DNA of 64,000 nt, from NCBI GenBank assembly GCA_965209155.1, contig OZ242383.1:1792001-1856000 (forward strand), given 5' to 3'. Within the stretch, counting starts at the first letter, position 1, and each line of letters begins with the position of its first letter. The notes below the pieces were generated by a model that was not told where the DNA came from, searched no databases, and saw nothing but the letters and a program-made list of their open reading frames with translations. The translations under genes were made by a program, and so were the position numbers. Below, one piece after another: positions 28,829-39,906 of the stretch. This DNA is from a bacterium (GTDB lineage: Bacteria; SAR324; NAC60-12).

Positions 28829-29656
28829 GTGAAACATCGCATTTCACCGACAGTCGATTGTGTCTACAAGGCCATTTCGGGGGCAGAGGAAAATGAGAAC
28901 TTACTGATTGATTTCCTCAACGGTGTCCTGGCACCCCAGTTTCCCATCTCGGATGTTTAAATCCTCAACCCCTACAATGAACGCGAGTTTTATTCGGACA
29001 AGTTGACGATTGTCGATGTGAAAGCCAAAGATGAAAAAGGGACGGCCTATCAGATAGAAATTCAATTGGCGGTTTTTTCCTATTTGCCGGAGAGGATGCT
29101 CTATACGTGTAGTGATATCTATCAGTCCCAGTTACAAAGCGGGGAGCCATTCTCAGAATTACGTCCGGTGATCTCCATTTGGATGTTGACTGAAAATTTG
29201 TTTTCCAAAAGTCCTGCCTTTCATCATCACTTTCAAATGTTTGATCAGAAAAACCAAAAACGGTTATCGGAGCATTGCTCAGTCCATGTTTTGGAATTGG
29301 AAAAATGGCGGTATTCCGAGACCTTGAAAACAGAAGATCAATGGTTATATTTTTTTAAAGAAGCCGAGCACTGGCAGGAATTACCCGAAATCATCAACAA
29401 CCCTAAAATGAGGCAAGCTATGGCAGTCCTGGAGCGATTTTCAGAAAAAGAAAGAGATTATCACCTCTATCAAGCCCGTCAAAATGCCATCCGTGAGGAA
29501 CAAACCCGGCAAAAGCTTTTAGAAGAGACCCTGCGAGACAAGGAAGAGGCGATGCGGAGGAAGGAAGGAGCGGTGCGAGACAAGGAAGAGGCGGAAGCTA
29601 AGGAAAAACGTCTCAGAGAAATCTTGAAAAAAACAGGAATTGATCCGGATGTATAA
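28829..29656 (+). pseudogene. Rpn/PD-(D/E)XK nuclease-family putative transposase with internal TAA at 28958-28960
   Basis: GAGGAG RBS, GTG start, PTVDCVYK..LIDFLN..DV*ILNP, IVDVKA..QIEIQ, PVISIW. Confidence 0.85.
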
Positions 29657-29744
29657 GCTTTTTTTCCTCAATTTCTCATGATAGCCATGCATGTAACAAT
29701 GCGAGCAGTTAATGAAAGATTGCTTTAATTTGGCGTCGATACTC

Positions 29745-29884
29745 AAAATTCTTAAAAAGTTTGAAACGATCCAAAAAGATCAAATCTGCATTTCTATCGT
29801 GACTTATGTGGAACTTCAATTTGGGGTGGAGAAAACCTCATCAAAAAAATCAAACAAGAGGTCATTGGAGCTTTTGTAGATCGC
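29745..29884 (+). pseudogene. VapC/PIN toxin internal fragment
   Basis: ILKKFE..ICISIVTYVELQFGVEKTS resembles the VapC core; both ends missing. Confidence 0.55.
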
Positions 29885-30030
29885 CACTATGCTCTGCCCC
29901 AAACTGACAGCTCAATTCTGCGTTGATCTAAGCCGCTTCGCGGCGGTTTTTCCTGCCTCTACTCCCTTCGTTTTTTCTAAAACAAGTCTTAGCCGATTGT
30001 GATCGCATCCCTTCAGGCATCGAGAGTCCG

Positions 30031-30261
30031 CTTAAGAAACATGGAATATCGTTTTTCGATGCTCAATATGTGTTTGCAGATCCTAAACGCATCGTGGTTA
30101 AAAATCTCAATCATAGCGAAACTGAGGAACGATTTTATTGTTTTGGAAAAGTGAATGATGAGATTTTAACAGTCAGATATACATATCGGGGTAATAAAAT
30201 CAGGATTTTTGGTGCAGGATATTGGCGAAAAGGGAGAACAGCTTATGAAGAACAAAATTAA
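30031..30261 (+). pseudogene. BrnT-family toxin, 5'-truncated
   Basis: KKHGISFFDAQYVFADP..HSETEER..IRIFGAGYWRKG; FEWD N-terminus absent. Confidence 0.75.
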
Positions 30262-30488
30262 ATATACTGATGAACCGATGGATTTTGAGGTAATTGAAGA
30301 TTTTCTTCCGCCTCCGACAGACTTCGTGTTTAGAAGAGACTGTAAAAGTAACAATCAATCTCAACAAGTCAAGTGTAAAGTTCTTCAAAACAAAAGCGCA
30401 GGAAGTTGGGGTTCCCTATCAAAAAATGATCCGTAAAATAGTGGATTTATATGCAACCCGATACAGTGATGAGGAGACTACTCAATAA
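30245..30488 (+). pseudogene. CopG/BrnA-like antitoxin, frameshift near 30333
   Basis: MKNKIKYTDEP..DFLPPP..VF continues as EETVKVTINL..PYQKMIR in another frame. Confidence 0.75.
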
Positions 30489-30690
30489 AAGATTAAAAAA
30501 TGAACCGAGTACAATCGAACAGTCAGCCAAACCTTAGCACTATGAATAATCCAAGTCTAAAAAGGAATAGATTTTCTGGGCTTGATTCTTTCCAATGGTC
30601 CAAACTTGACGCAGAAGAAAAAACAGCAGTGCTCAGGAAGAAAAAAGGGTCGGACTCCTCCCCTTTTTCACGAGGACAGGATTTGCGCGC

Positions 30691-31662
30691 TTACCATCTG
30701 AAAGGGTTGATCAGTCTGGCGAGGAGGCCTCGTTTGCGTTTCATCCTCGTGGTGCCAAAACTGCCCTGTCCGCCCCGCAGCCTGGGGTCGAGCAGATCCC
30801 GCATGGCATCGCCGAACATGTTGAGACTGTAAACGGTAATAGTCAGGGCAAAACCAGGCCAGAGCGCCAGCCAAGGCGCCTGCTCCATGTATCGACGCCC
30901 TTCCCAACTGAGCAGAGTTCCCCAACTGGGAATGTCCGGTGGCAGACCGAATCCGAGGAAGCTCAGCGAAGCTTCACTGATAATCACCCCGCCGATGTTG
31001 ATGCTGAAGATGATGATGACGGGCGCCATAATATTGGGCAGGACATGGCGTAAAAGGATTTGGCTCGTGGGGGTGCCCACGGCCTTGGCTGCCAGAAAGT
31101 AGTCATTCTCTTTGACCCCAATCACAGCGCCTCGGACGACTCTGGAACCGACGATGCCTCCGGCGATCCCCAGGACCACGATGATCTGGAAGAGACCCTC
31201 TCCCACGATGGACATGATGGTTAACAAGAGCAGAAGTCCCGGGAAAGCCATCCAGGCGTCGACAAAGCGCTGCACCACCAAGTCCACTTTCCCCCCAAGG
31301 AATCCGGAAATGCCGCCGATCAGGACCGCGACGAGAACATTGATCGTGGTGGCGGCCAGACCGACAATTAAGGAAAGACGAGCCCCGTAGACCAGGCGGC
31401 TCAAGAAGTCTCGCCCCAACTGATCGGTCCCCAGCAGATACTGGGCGGATGCGCCCTGCAGCCGGTCTCTCAGGTGCATTTCCGTATAGCCATAGGGAGC
31501 CAGCACATCGGCAAAAAGCGCCACCAGAATCAAGAGCAAGAGGATAATCCCGCCGAACGTCCCCAGCGGTTTCTCCTTGACCAGCCTGATGAAGAAATTC
31601 GCAAACCAGCCCCGTCGCTTGGGCTCAATGATTTTGGTTGGTCTCTCTGTAGTGTTGCTCAT
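30691..31662 (-). CDS. ABC permease DppC-type, module 2
   Basis: Close paralogue of module 1 dppC. Confidence 0.95.
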   Translation of the reverse strand: MSNTTERPTKIIEPKRRGWFANFFIRLVKEKPLGTFGGIILLLLILVALFADVLAPYGYTEMHLRDRLQGASAQYLLGTDQLGRDFLSRLVYGARLSLIVGLAATTINVLVAVLIGGISGFLGGKVDLVVQRFVDAWMAFPGLLLLLTIMSIVGEGLFQIIVVLGIAGGIVGSRVVRGAVIGVKENDYFLAAKAVGTPTSQILLRHVLPNIMAPVIIIFSINIGGVIISEASLSFLGFGLPPDIPSWGTLLSWEGRRYMEQAPWLALWPGFALTITVYSLNMFGDAMRDLLDPRLRGGQGSFGTTRMKRKRGLLARLINPFRW

Positions 31663-31800
31663 GATCCCGATTTCTCTATCGGTAGGGCCGAGTGACGTCC
31701 CGGCCTGAAAAACGCACCGCTCCCCTTGGCCGGGACGTGACCCGCCCCTACCGTTTTCTTGTCTGTTAAACCCAACTCCTCATACATTCCGCGCCAGCGA

Positions 31801-32757
31801 CTATTCATACCGCACCCTGGGGTCTAAATAAGTATAAATCAGATCGATCAGGAGATTGATCCCCATCACCGCAGCGCCGAAAAACAGGTTGATTCCCGAG
31901 ACCACCGGGTAGTCTCTGTCATTGAGGGCATCCACCATGAGACGCCCGAGCCCCGGCAGGTTGAAGATGTTCTCCATGATCACGGCGCCCCCGATCAGGA
32001 TCGGCAATTGCAGGCCGATCAGGGAGACCACCGGGATGAGGGCATTTTTGATGGCGTGTCGGATCACTACGATCCGCTCCTTGAGCCCCTTGGACCAGGC
32101 CGTCCGGATATAGTCTTGTCTCAGCACCTCCAACATCGTGGTGCGCGTCATCCGCATGGTGGCTGCCGCCATGGCCGTCCCCAGAATCAGGCTGGGGATG
32201 AGGAACACCCCGAGACTCCCCAGCGGGTCTTCAGTGAAAGGAATCAGCTCCAGCGGGGGTGACCAGCCCCACCAGATGGACGGGAAGATGATAACCATCA
32301 GGGCCAGCCAGAAGTTCGGCGTGGCCAAGCCGATGATGGCGATGGAGCGTCCCGCATAGTCGGCGGCGGTATCCTGGCGAATCGCCGAGTAGATGCCGAC
32401 GGGCAGTGCGATCACCAGCCCGATGACGATCGACAACAAACCAAGCTCGACGGTTACCGGCAATCTACTTATTATCTTGTCTTCTACCGTCCAACCGCTG
32501 ATCAGTGAGTTGCCCAGCGTGCCGTGCAGGAAAATACCTCCCATCCAGCGTCCATACTGCACGTAGACTAGCACGTCTAATCCCAGCTTCTGCTCCAGCG
32601 TTTCATGGTCTATATGGGCCACGTCGTACATCATTTCACCCACCATTGCGTCTATTACATCACCCGGGATGAAGCGCACCGAGAGAAAGACCAGGATGGT
32701 CAATATAAACACGGTGGGGATTATCAGCAATAACCGCCTGATGATATAGGCTCTCAT
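31801..32757 (-). CDS. ABC permease DppB-type, module 2
   Basis: Same motifs as module 1 dppB. Confidence 0.95.
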   Translation of the reverse strand: MRAYIIRRLLLIIPTVFILTILVFLSVRFIPGDVIDAMVGEMMYDVAHIDHETLEQKLGLDVLVYVQYGRWMGGIFLHGTLGNSLISGWTVEDKIISRLPVTVELGLLSIVIGLVIALPVGIYSAIRQDTAADYAGRSIAIIGLATPNFWLALMVIIFPSIWWGWSPPLELIPFTEDPLGSLGVFLIPSLILGTAMAAATMRMTRTTMLEVLRQDYIRTAWSKGLKERIVVIRHAIKNALIPVVSLIGLQLPILIGGAVIMENIFNLPGLGRLMVDALNDRDYPVVSGINLFFGAAVMGINLLIDLIYTYLDPRVRYE

Positions 32758-32764
32758 GGAACCC

Positions 32765-34657
32765 CTAATGCCCCATTTCTTTCTTCAGCTCCTGGTCAAT
32801 CCAGAGGCGGGCGAATTTTTGATTAGGGTCTATAGTTCCGTCAATTTCACCGTTATAACCGATGATCCACGGCTGGGACACATTAAAAGAGGGAACTCTC
32901 ACCCCCCCGATCCACCAGTGCTTCTCTATGATGTACCTATCTGCCTCTATACGCAGCCTCCTCTGCTCCTCAATGGTGGTAGCGGCTACGGCGGCCTCAT
33001 ACATCTCATCATAAACCGGATCACTGACATTGGATTCGTTATATCCTGCTTTCGAGTAAGCTTGACTTAGTGCGATGAGACCTGGATAGTCTGCGTTGTG
33101 GGTCCCATTTATCAGACCTAGCTGCTTATGTTCTCGTATAGAAGCGAGATGAGCAGCTCGGTCATTTAGCTTCACCTCTACATCAATGCCAATAGCACGC
33201 AAGTATTCCAAGGCTATCTGGGCATAGTCGAAATCGAAGTAGTCCATGTGTTCATGGACGGTCTTGAATCTGATGCCGTCGGCGCCGCGCGGGTATCCAG
33301 CCTCATCAAGGAGCTTCTCGGCCCCTTCCGGGTCATACCTGTAGTATTGCTTGATCTCTTCGGGCCACTCTTCAAATCGAAATATACTCCCGATATGATT
33401 TTTCCCTTGATGCCCCGAAGGGGTCGTATCTGCCCAACCGTGGAAGTAGGTCTCGTTAATTGTCTCAAGGTCGATTGCCATCTGTATTGCGTGGCGCACC
33501 CTGATGTCGTTAAAGGGTGGTATCTGCGTGTTCATAGCAAAAGCCGTTTCCGAACGATATGAGTATGGCCACAGGTTCAGTTCGGGGTTGGTCCGCTGGA
33601 GGCTAACCGCCGCGTCGACAGTAGGTAGGAAGGAGGCACCCGCATAACCGATGTAATCAGCCTTACCCGAGCGCATTAACGCTAGGTGTGTCGCTTTTTC
33701 CTTCGAAATCAGGCGCCTTAGCTCGTCAATATAGGGCAGGCGGTTCTCCGGGTATTTTTCGTCGTAGCCCCGGTAGTCAGGATTCTTGGAATAGGTGGCA
33801 GAGCTGCCCTCGACATAGTCAGTCCACATAAAGGGCCCGGTGCCGACCACATTCCTCCAATCCGTAACGTCGCCGTATTGCTCGACTACCTCGGGGGCCA
33901 CTATATAAGTGTGTTGTCCCACGAGGATAGCCGACAGCGCAGTGAGGGTTATCGACTTCAGCTTAAAGACAACCGTATATTTGTCGGTGGCCTCTATGGA
34001 TTCAATATTGTATTGTTCGACAGGCAAGTGTGTCGGGTCTGCAGGGTCGGCTTCGCTGAACTCGCCTAGGGCGAATATGCGGTCAAAGTTATATTTGATG
34101 TCATCGGCAGTTAGTTCCCGACCGGACATTGGGGGCTTATTATGCCAGTGAACGCCCTTGCGGATGTGGAAGACATAAGTTGTTGGGTCCGTTTGCTCCC
34201 AGCTTTCAGCCAGCTGCCCTGTTAGGGCAATTTCAGGGGTGTAAATTGTTCTATAGTCAAATACTTCCCTATCTATTGCCCAGTTCGTGAAGCCTAGCTT
34301 CTCATTAATGCCCGAGATAGCGAATCCCGCGGTATACGAGACATATGGCTCAATACTATCAGCCAAGCCTGTCGCGACGTAGGTTATTGTCCCGCCATAC
34401 TCAGGTGCAGTCACCATTTTACCAGTGGTCGGATCTTTGACCATCTTTTTCTCCGCTGCAAGGGCCAAACCGCCCCCGAGGGCGGCCACCATCAGGGTGA
34501 GGGACAGCAGGATTGCACTGAAGGTTGATTTGCTTTTTTGATTTTCCATCTTTTTCCTTTCTGCTTTTTGATTAAAAACAAGATTTAGGATTGCTTTAAA
34601 ACCTGCTTTCGTTCCCGAAAGCACATTCTCGACGATGCTTCTGATTATTATTTTCAT
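32765..34657 (-). CDS. Family-5 ABC substrate-binding protein, module 2
   Basis: Signal peptide and family-5 motifs. Confidence 0.93.
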   Translation of the reverse strand: MKIIIRSIVENVLSGTKAGFKAILNLVFNQKAERKKMENQKSKSTFSAILLSLTLMVAALGGGLALAAEKKMVKDPTTGKMVTAPEYGGTITYVATGLADSIEPYVSYTAGFAISGINEKLGFTNWAIDREVFDYRTIYTPEIALTGQLAESWEQTDPTTYVFHIRKGVHWHNKPPMSGRELTADDIKYNFDRIFALGEFSEADPADPTHLPVEQYNIESIEATDKYTVVFKLKSITLTALSAILVGQHTYIVAPEVVEQYGDVTDWRNVVGTGPFMWTDYVEGSSATYSKNPDYRGYDEKYPENRLPYIDELRRLISKEKATHLALMRSGKADYIGYAGASFLPTVDAAVSLQRTNPELNLWPYSYRSETAFAMNTQIPPFNDIRVRHAIQMAIDLETINETYFHGWADTTPSGHQGKNHIGSIFRFEEWPEEIKQYYRYDPEGAEKLLDEAGYPRGADGIRFKTVHEHMDYFDFDYAQIALEYLRAIGIDVEVKLNDRAAHLASIREHKQLGLINGTHNADYPGLIALSQAYSKAGYNESNVSDPVYDEMYEAAVAATTIEEQRRLRIEADRYIIEKHWWIGGVRVPSFNVSQPWIIGYNGEIDGTIDPNQKFARLWIDQELKKEMGH

Positions 34658-34931
34658 TTTTACCTTTAATATAAAGCGTTAAATAAGCAATATTCACCAT
34701 GAATATTACACTATCAAAAAAACCGATTCATTGGCTCCAGGAGGGGCCATGAAGCATGACCTTTCAATTCTCCGGAGGAAATTCCATGTACTGAAATGAA
34801 CTGAGGAGTAATTCAAGGATCTCTCCCTGAAGTCGAGATGAGATATGGGGGGACAACCCAGTGAATTTGGGGTTTGGGACTTAGAAATTGGAGTTTGGAA
34901 CTGTAACTGGGAGCTGGGAAATTAGAACTTG

Positions 34932-34986
34932 GGGTGCCGGGTGCCGAGTGCCGAGTGCCGAGTGCCGAGTGCCGAGTGCCGAGTGC
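34932..34986 (+). repeat. Heptamer array (GGGTGCC)x2 + (GAGTGCC)x5 plus partial unit
   Basis: Counted directly; degenerate 7-mers precede it. Confidence 0.95.
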
Positions 34987-35550
34987 TTGAATGATACTCT
35001 CATATTAACCTTTTGTCAAGCTATTTTTATACTTGAAATGGGTTAATTTCAGACTTTCATGTCATCCTGATTGATAGCTGCCAGCGAAAAGCCAATTCGC
35101 GACAGAGACTCTTTAAGGAAAATATTTAATATCCAGAAAAAAATCAACACTTTTTTTAAGACAGATGCGATTTAGTCATTTAAAGCAAATTTTCTCATAT
35201 CTGGAAATAGTATAATCGCTCTGCAAATGTATCAAGATTATTTTGAATAGGGCGACTCATTCATTCAGGAGTGTCTTCTGATGAGCAACGAAAATATTTT
35301 TTCATATTGAGATACGGAAGTCAACATTTTTGGCACTTTTCCATTCCCCGTTGACTGTTTCTGAAAAACCTCTGGGGAGGATTTGAGGTTCGACATGACT
35401 TTCGGTTCAATAAACAGGAGCGACATTGAAATAAAACCTTCAGGCAAAGGTGATTTCGTAAAAAATTATCACAAAAGCAAACGAAAGTCCGGCTTAATAG
35501 AGTGCTAATCATTTGTCAACCGTATTTTTTCAATCGCTGGGAAGCGATTG

Positions 35551-35580
35551 TTTGCACTCTATTGAAATGAGTGCTAACAT
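35551..35580 (+). promoter_or_regulatory. CIRCE-like operator overlapping a TTGCAC-17-TAACAT promoter, copy 2
   Basis: TTTGCACTC-N9-GAGTGCTAA (1 mismatch); extra half-site 35500-35508. Confidence 0.75.
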
Positions 35581-35636
35581 GAAACAATCATTGATCCAGC
35601 CCGCATGAAAGCGATCCGATGAATCCCCAGAAATGA

Positions 35637-36211
<575 letters not shown>

Positions 36212-36212
<1 letters not shown>

Positions 36213-36532
36213 ATGAATGGCTTTATTTTTTTAAAGAAGCCGAGCACTGGCAGGATATACCCGAAATCATCAACAACCATAAAATGAGGCAAGCTATGGC
36301 AGTCCTGGAGAGATTTTCAGAAAAAGAAAGAGATTATCACCTCTATCAAGCCCGTCAAAATGCCATCCGTGAGGAACAAGCCCGGCAAAAGCTTTTAGAA
36401 GAGGCCGTGCGAGACAAGGAAGAGGCGATGCGGAGGGAGGAAGGAGCGGTGCGAGACAAGGAAGAGGCGGAAGCTAAGGAAAAACGTCTCAGAAAAATCT
36501 TGAAAAAAGCTGGAATCGATCCGGATGTATAA
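36212..36532 (+). pseudogene. 3' fragment of a second Rpn-family gene
   Basis: Near-identical to the 3' part of 28829-29656 and its downstream sequence. Confidence 0.85.
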
Positions 36533-36589
36533 GCTTTTTTTCCTCAGTTTCTCATGATAGCCACGCATGTAACAATTCAAGAAAAAAAG

Positions 36590-36714
36590 TGCCAACAAGG
36601 CATTCCACCGGACGCCCACCCCAGCGGTTTTTTCAACCGTTTGCGTTCAAATTTTGTTCTTCTCACGAGCCACCCCTCTCGTTGGGTGGGCGACCGGAGA
36701 ACTCAACGTTGAAC
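36590..36714 (+). other. Integron attC site
   Basis: gccAAC-aaggca-ttcCaccggacgcccaccc ... gggtgggcgaccggagaa-ctcaac-GTTGAAC; arms pair with one extrahelical base; GTTRRRY core. Confidence 0.8.
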
Positions 36715-36791
36715 TTCAAAACGCAATTACCAACAAACTACCTCACCAGGAGTATTTCTCCCAAAATGCTATCATAGTAGAAAGGACGTCA

Positions 36792-37070
36792 ATGCTCACA
36801 TTTGAGTGGGATCCCAATAAAGCTAAAATAAATTTGGAAAGACATGGAGTTTCATTTGATGAAGCCAGTACAGCATTTCAAGATCCACTTTCTTTGACGA
36901 TAGACGATCCTTTACATACAGAAGATGAAGAACGTTTCATTCTCTTGGGATTATCGCATAAGAACCGCATGTTAGTTGTCGTTCATACTGAAAGAGGAGA
37001 TAATATACGAATGATTAGTGCCAGAAAAATGACCAAGCAAGAAAGGAAATATTATGAAAGTGATGCCTAA
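36792..37070 (+). CDS. BrnT-family toxin (cassette-borne)
   Basis: FEWDPNKA..HGVSFDEA..RMISARK. Confidence 0.9.
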   Translation: MLTFEWDPNKAKINLERHGVSFDEASTAFQDPLSLTIDDPLHTEDEERFILLGLSHKNRMLVVVHTERGDNIRMISARKMTKQERKYYESDA

Positions 37071-37290
37071 TGATCCGGATTTGTTGGAAGAGTATGATTT
37101 TAGTAATGGGATAAGAGGTAAATATGCTCAACGGTATGCAGAAGGGAATAATGTTGTTGTCATTGAACCGGATGTCGCGAAATATTTTCCTGATCATGAT
37201 TCAGTGAATGAAGCTTTACGATCTCTAGCCTCTATTATGGAAAGGCAGGAAAAAAGACTGGCCGAACAAGTCCATGAACCGGAGCCTTAA
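37054..37290 (+). CDS. Cognate antitoxin (BrnA-like)
   Basis: EYDFSNGIRGKYA..EPDVAKYFP..SVNEALR; last codons run into attC. Confidence 0.8.
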   Translation: MKVMPNDPDLLEEYDFSNGIRGKYAQRYAEGNNVVVIEPDVAKYFPDHDSVNEALRSLASIMERQEKRLAEQVHEPEP

Positions 37291-37384
37291 TATAGTGCTT
37301 TTCCCTTCAGTTTGCAGCTATCATAAGTATAAAAAGCAACCTTCTATTCCAATCAAGTACGGCCCGGTTATTTCTGCGTTAAGG
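37261..37384 (+). other. Integron attC site
   Basis: gccgAAC-aagtcc-atGaaccggAgcc ... ggcccggttat-ttctgc-GTTaagg; arms pair with two extrahelical bases. Confidence 0.75.
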
Positions 37385-37752
37385 GAAAGGAGAGAGTGAC
37401 AGATCGACGTTAGAGAGCAGTCTCTCAATTGCTTTGTAATAATTAATCAATTGATGATAGAATGATTGCGTACCACCTTTGAAGTCAATTCATAAGAACC
37501 AAGGAGTGAATTATGGCAGAATCAGTGCAACATTTCTTGAATATCTTTGAGTTATTACCAGATGAGGAAAAACGTGAAGTTGCTCTAGAAATATTAAAAC
37601 GAACTGTTCATTGGGATATTCCAGTTTTGTCAGAGGAGGAGTTAGTTTTGAATGCAGAAGAGCTTTTTCTGGAGGTAACTATTTAGGATTCTTTAGATCC
37701 CCCATTGATTTAAGCACAGATTTTGCATGGCATAAAGTCCAGAAAGGACTTT

Positions 37753-39271
37753 ATGCTCTCGAAAGTTCAAAAATATATTGATTCCCTTTCATCGATTCCC
37801 CACCTCGAGGCTCTTCAAGAAGCCTGTCAACTCTTTGAAGAAGAACGGGAGCAATGGAAGCAAGAGCGATTAAAACTCCTCGAACGTCTCGAAATAGAAA
37901 ATAAGCGTATTGAAGCGCTCGAAGCAGAAAATAAGCAACTTCGGGATCAGCTGGCTCTCAACAGCCAAAACTCAAGTAAGCCTCCTTCCAGCGATCAAAG
38001 TCGAAAGAACAAAAGTTTGCGTAAAAGCAGGGGGTCGCTCTCGCGGAGGTCAACCCGGTCATAAAGGCCATCATTTGCCTTTCAGTGAGTCACCAGATCA
38101 TGTGGAGCCTCATTTTGTCAGCACCTGTGAAGCCTGTGGAGAAGATTTATCCCAGGTGATGGTTGAGGCCCGGCATAAACGCCAAGTGTTTGATCTTCCC
38201 CCGCTCCAATTAGAGGTCACCGAGCATCAGGTGGAACAAAAAATTTGTCCCTGCTGCCGGCATCTGAATCGCTCGAGTTTTCCAGCAGGGATAGAGGCAC
38301 CCACTCAATATGGTCCCCGGATCAAAGGCTTAGCGGTTTATCTCAATCAATATCAGTTTCTGCCCTTTGATCGATGCCAGCAATTCTTTGAGGATCTGTT
38401 CGGCCAGCCGCTCAATGCGGCCACGATTTATGCTAGCCTCCAGCAAGCCGCCCTTAGGCTTAATCCCTTGCAACAACAAGTGGCTGAAGCTCTGATTCAA
38501 GCGGAGGTGGTTCATTTTGATGAAACCTCTTTGTTTGAAAACAAACAGCGTCGCTGGCTTCATTCAGCCTCTACCGAAGAGCTGACCTTTTATTTTATCC
38601 ACGACAAACGGGGTCGAGCCGGAATGGATGCTGCCGGTATCCTGCCTCAGTTTGAAAAGACAGCTATTCATGATCACTGGGAGAGCTACCAGCATTATGA
38701 GTGTGATCATGGCTTTTGCAATGCGCATCATTTACGTGAACTCACTCGGGCCTATGAACAAGAAAAGGCCTTCTGGGCTCAGGAGATGAGCGACTTACTG
38801 GTAGAGATCAAAGAGCAAGTAGACCAAGCCAAGTTCAAAGAACAATCTGCTTTGAATCCAGTCCTACTGGATCACTTCCGCCAACGCTATCGGGATATCA
38901 CCCAAGAAGCCCTTAAGCTCTATCCTCCCCCTCCTCAAACAAAGAAACGAGGACGCCCCAAACAGAGCAAAGCCAAAAATTTACTCGATCGCTTGATCCT
39001 CTATGAAAAGGAAACCTTGTTATTCATGGATGACTTCCGGGTTCCTTTTGACAACAACCAAGCCGAGCGAGATATACGCATGGTTAAATTGAAACAGAAA
39101 ATCTCAGGCGGCTTCCGAACGGCTGAAGGATCACAGGCTTTTTGTACCATCCGAGGAGCTATTTCCACTACCAGAAAACAGGGAAAATCCATCTTCGAGA
39201 TGCTCACACAGGCTTTGTCTCTCCCGGATCCAGTCCGGGACAAGCTTTTACCTGCGCCTCCTTGTTACTGA
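37753..39271 (+). pseudogene. IS66 transposase with +1 frameshift in G5 run 38030-38034
   Basis: Coiled coil and NSQNSSKPPSSD in one frame; GGQPGHKG, CxxC, HFDET, CNAHHLREL, DNNQAERDIR in the other. Confidence 0.88.
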
Positions 39272-39561
39272 AACTCCCCTTTTTTTAAACGTTTCGCCCC
39301 TTGCGGGCCAAACGTATTCCTGGCAAACATAGCATCGTCAATGCGATTTTGTAGGTCGTGAAAACGAGTTGTCAGTGGAGTATGCTCATCCATGATTTAC
39401 CTCTCTGGCAAAGCGTTTACGATCATTATCGCCATTGGAAAAAACACTGGATTGTGGAGTGAACCTTCGCTTTTTGGCTCATGATCATAAAGAAGCGGAT
39501 CTCCCTGATTGATAGATTTTTAATTTTTTTACGAATCCTGCATTTTTTTTAATTTGAGGGG

Positions 39562-39591
39562 TTGACATTATGCAAGTAGTAGTGCTATAAT
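39562..39591 (+). promoter_or_regulatory. Consensus sigma70 promoter in the IS66 right arm, facing outward
   Basis: TTGACA-18-TATAAT with extended -10 TGn. Confidence 0.7.
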
Positions 39592-39802
39592 CATACTATC
39601 ACTAAGTTGTTTTGGTGAAAGAAGAGGGTTTCCGATCGATGGAACAATATCGTGGGAGGACTTGAAAACGATCAGTCCTCTCCGGAAATTTTTTTCAACG
39701 TTATTTGACTAAACGGGTTTTCAGAGACCTGAATAGTTACTTCTGGAGTTAGATGGATCTATGAGATTGAAGGGGTAAGGACAACAACCATCCCCGTCCG
39801 AC

Positions 39803-39852
39803 GAGCCGTTCTCAGGGGGGAAAGGAGTCGTAAGACTCCCGACCTACCCGAC
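39803..39852 (+). mobile_element. Second group II intron 3' relic (DV internally deleted, DVI present)
   Basis: gAGCcg..ttctcaggggggaaaggagtcgtaagactcccgacctacccgAC. Confidence 0.55.
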
Positions 39853-39906
39853 GGAAATATGAACTTAAATTCCCAAAGTCACAGGCCTGACCCGATTCCC
39901 CGATTT

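Larger units (their letters stand above)
37675..39740 (+). mobile_element. IS66-family element (single-transposase type), 2066 bp
   Basis: IRs gtaactatttagg / cctgaatagttac (12/13); 8-bp TSD TTCTGGAG at 37667-37674 and 39741-39748. Confidence 0.93.
37513..39778 (+). pseudogene. Small antitoxin-like ORF split by IS66
   Basis: MAESVQHF..AEELFLE before the IS, LDGSMRLKG* in frame after the duplicated target. Confidence 0.65.

Noticed and set aside
38030..38034. IS66 frameshift as programmed
   Set aside because: Looks like one extra G in a homopolymer, as do the indels at ~14804 and ~36095; decay or read error is simpler.
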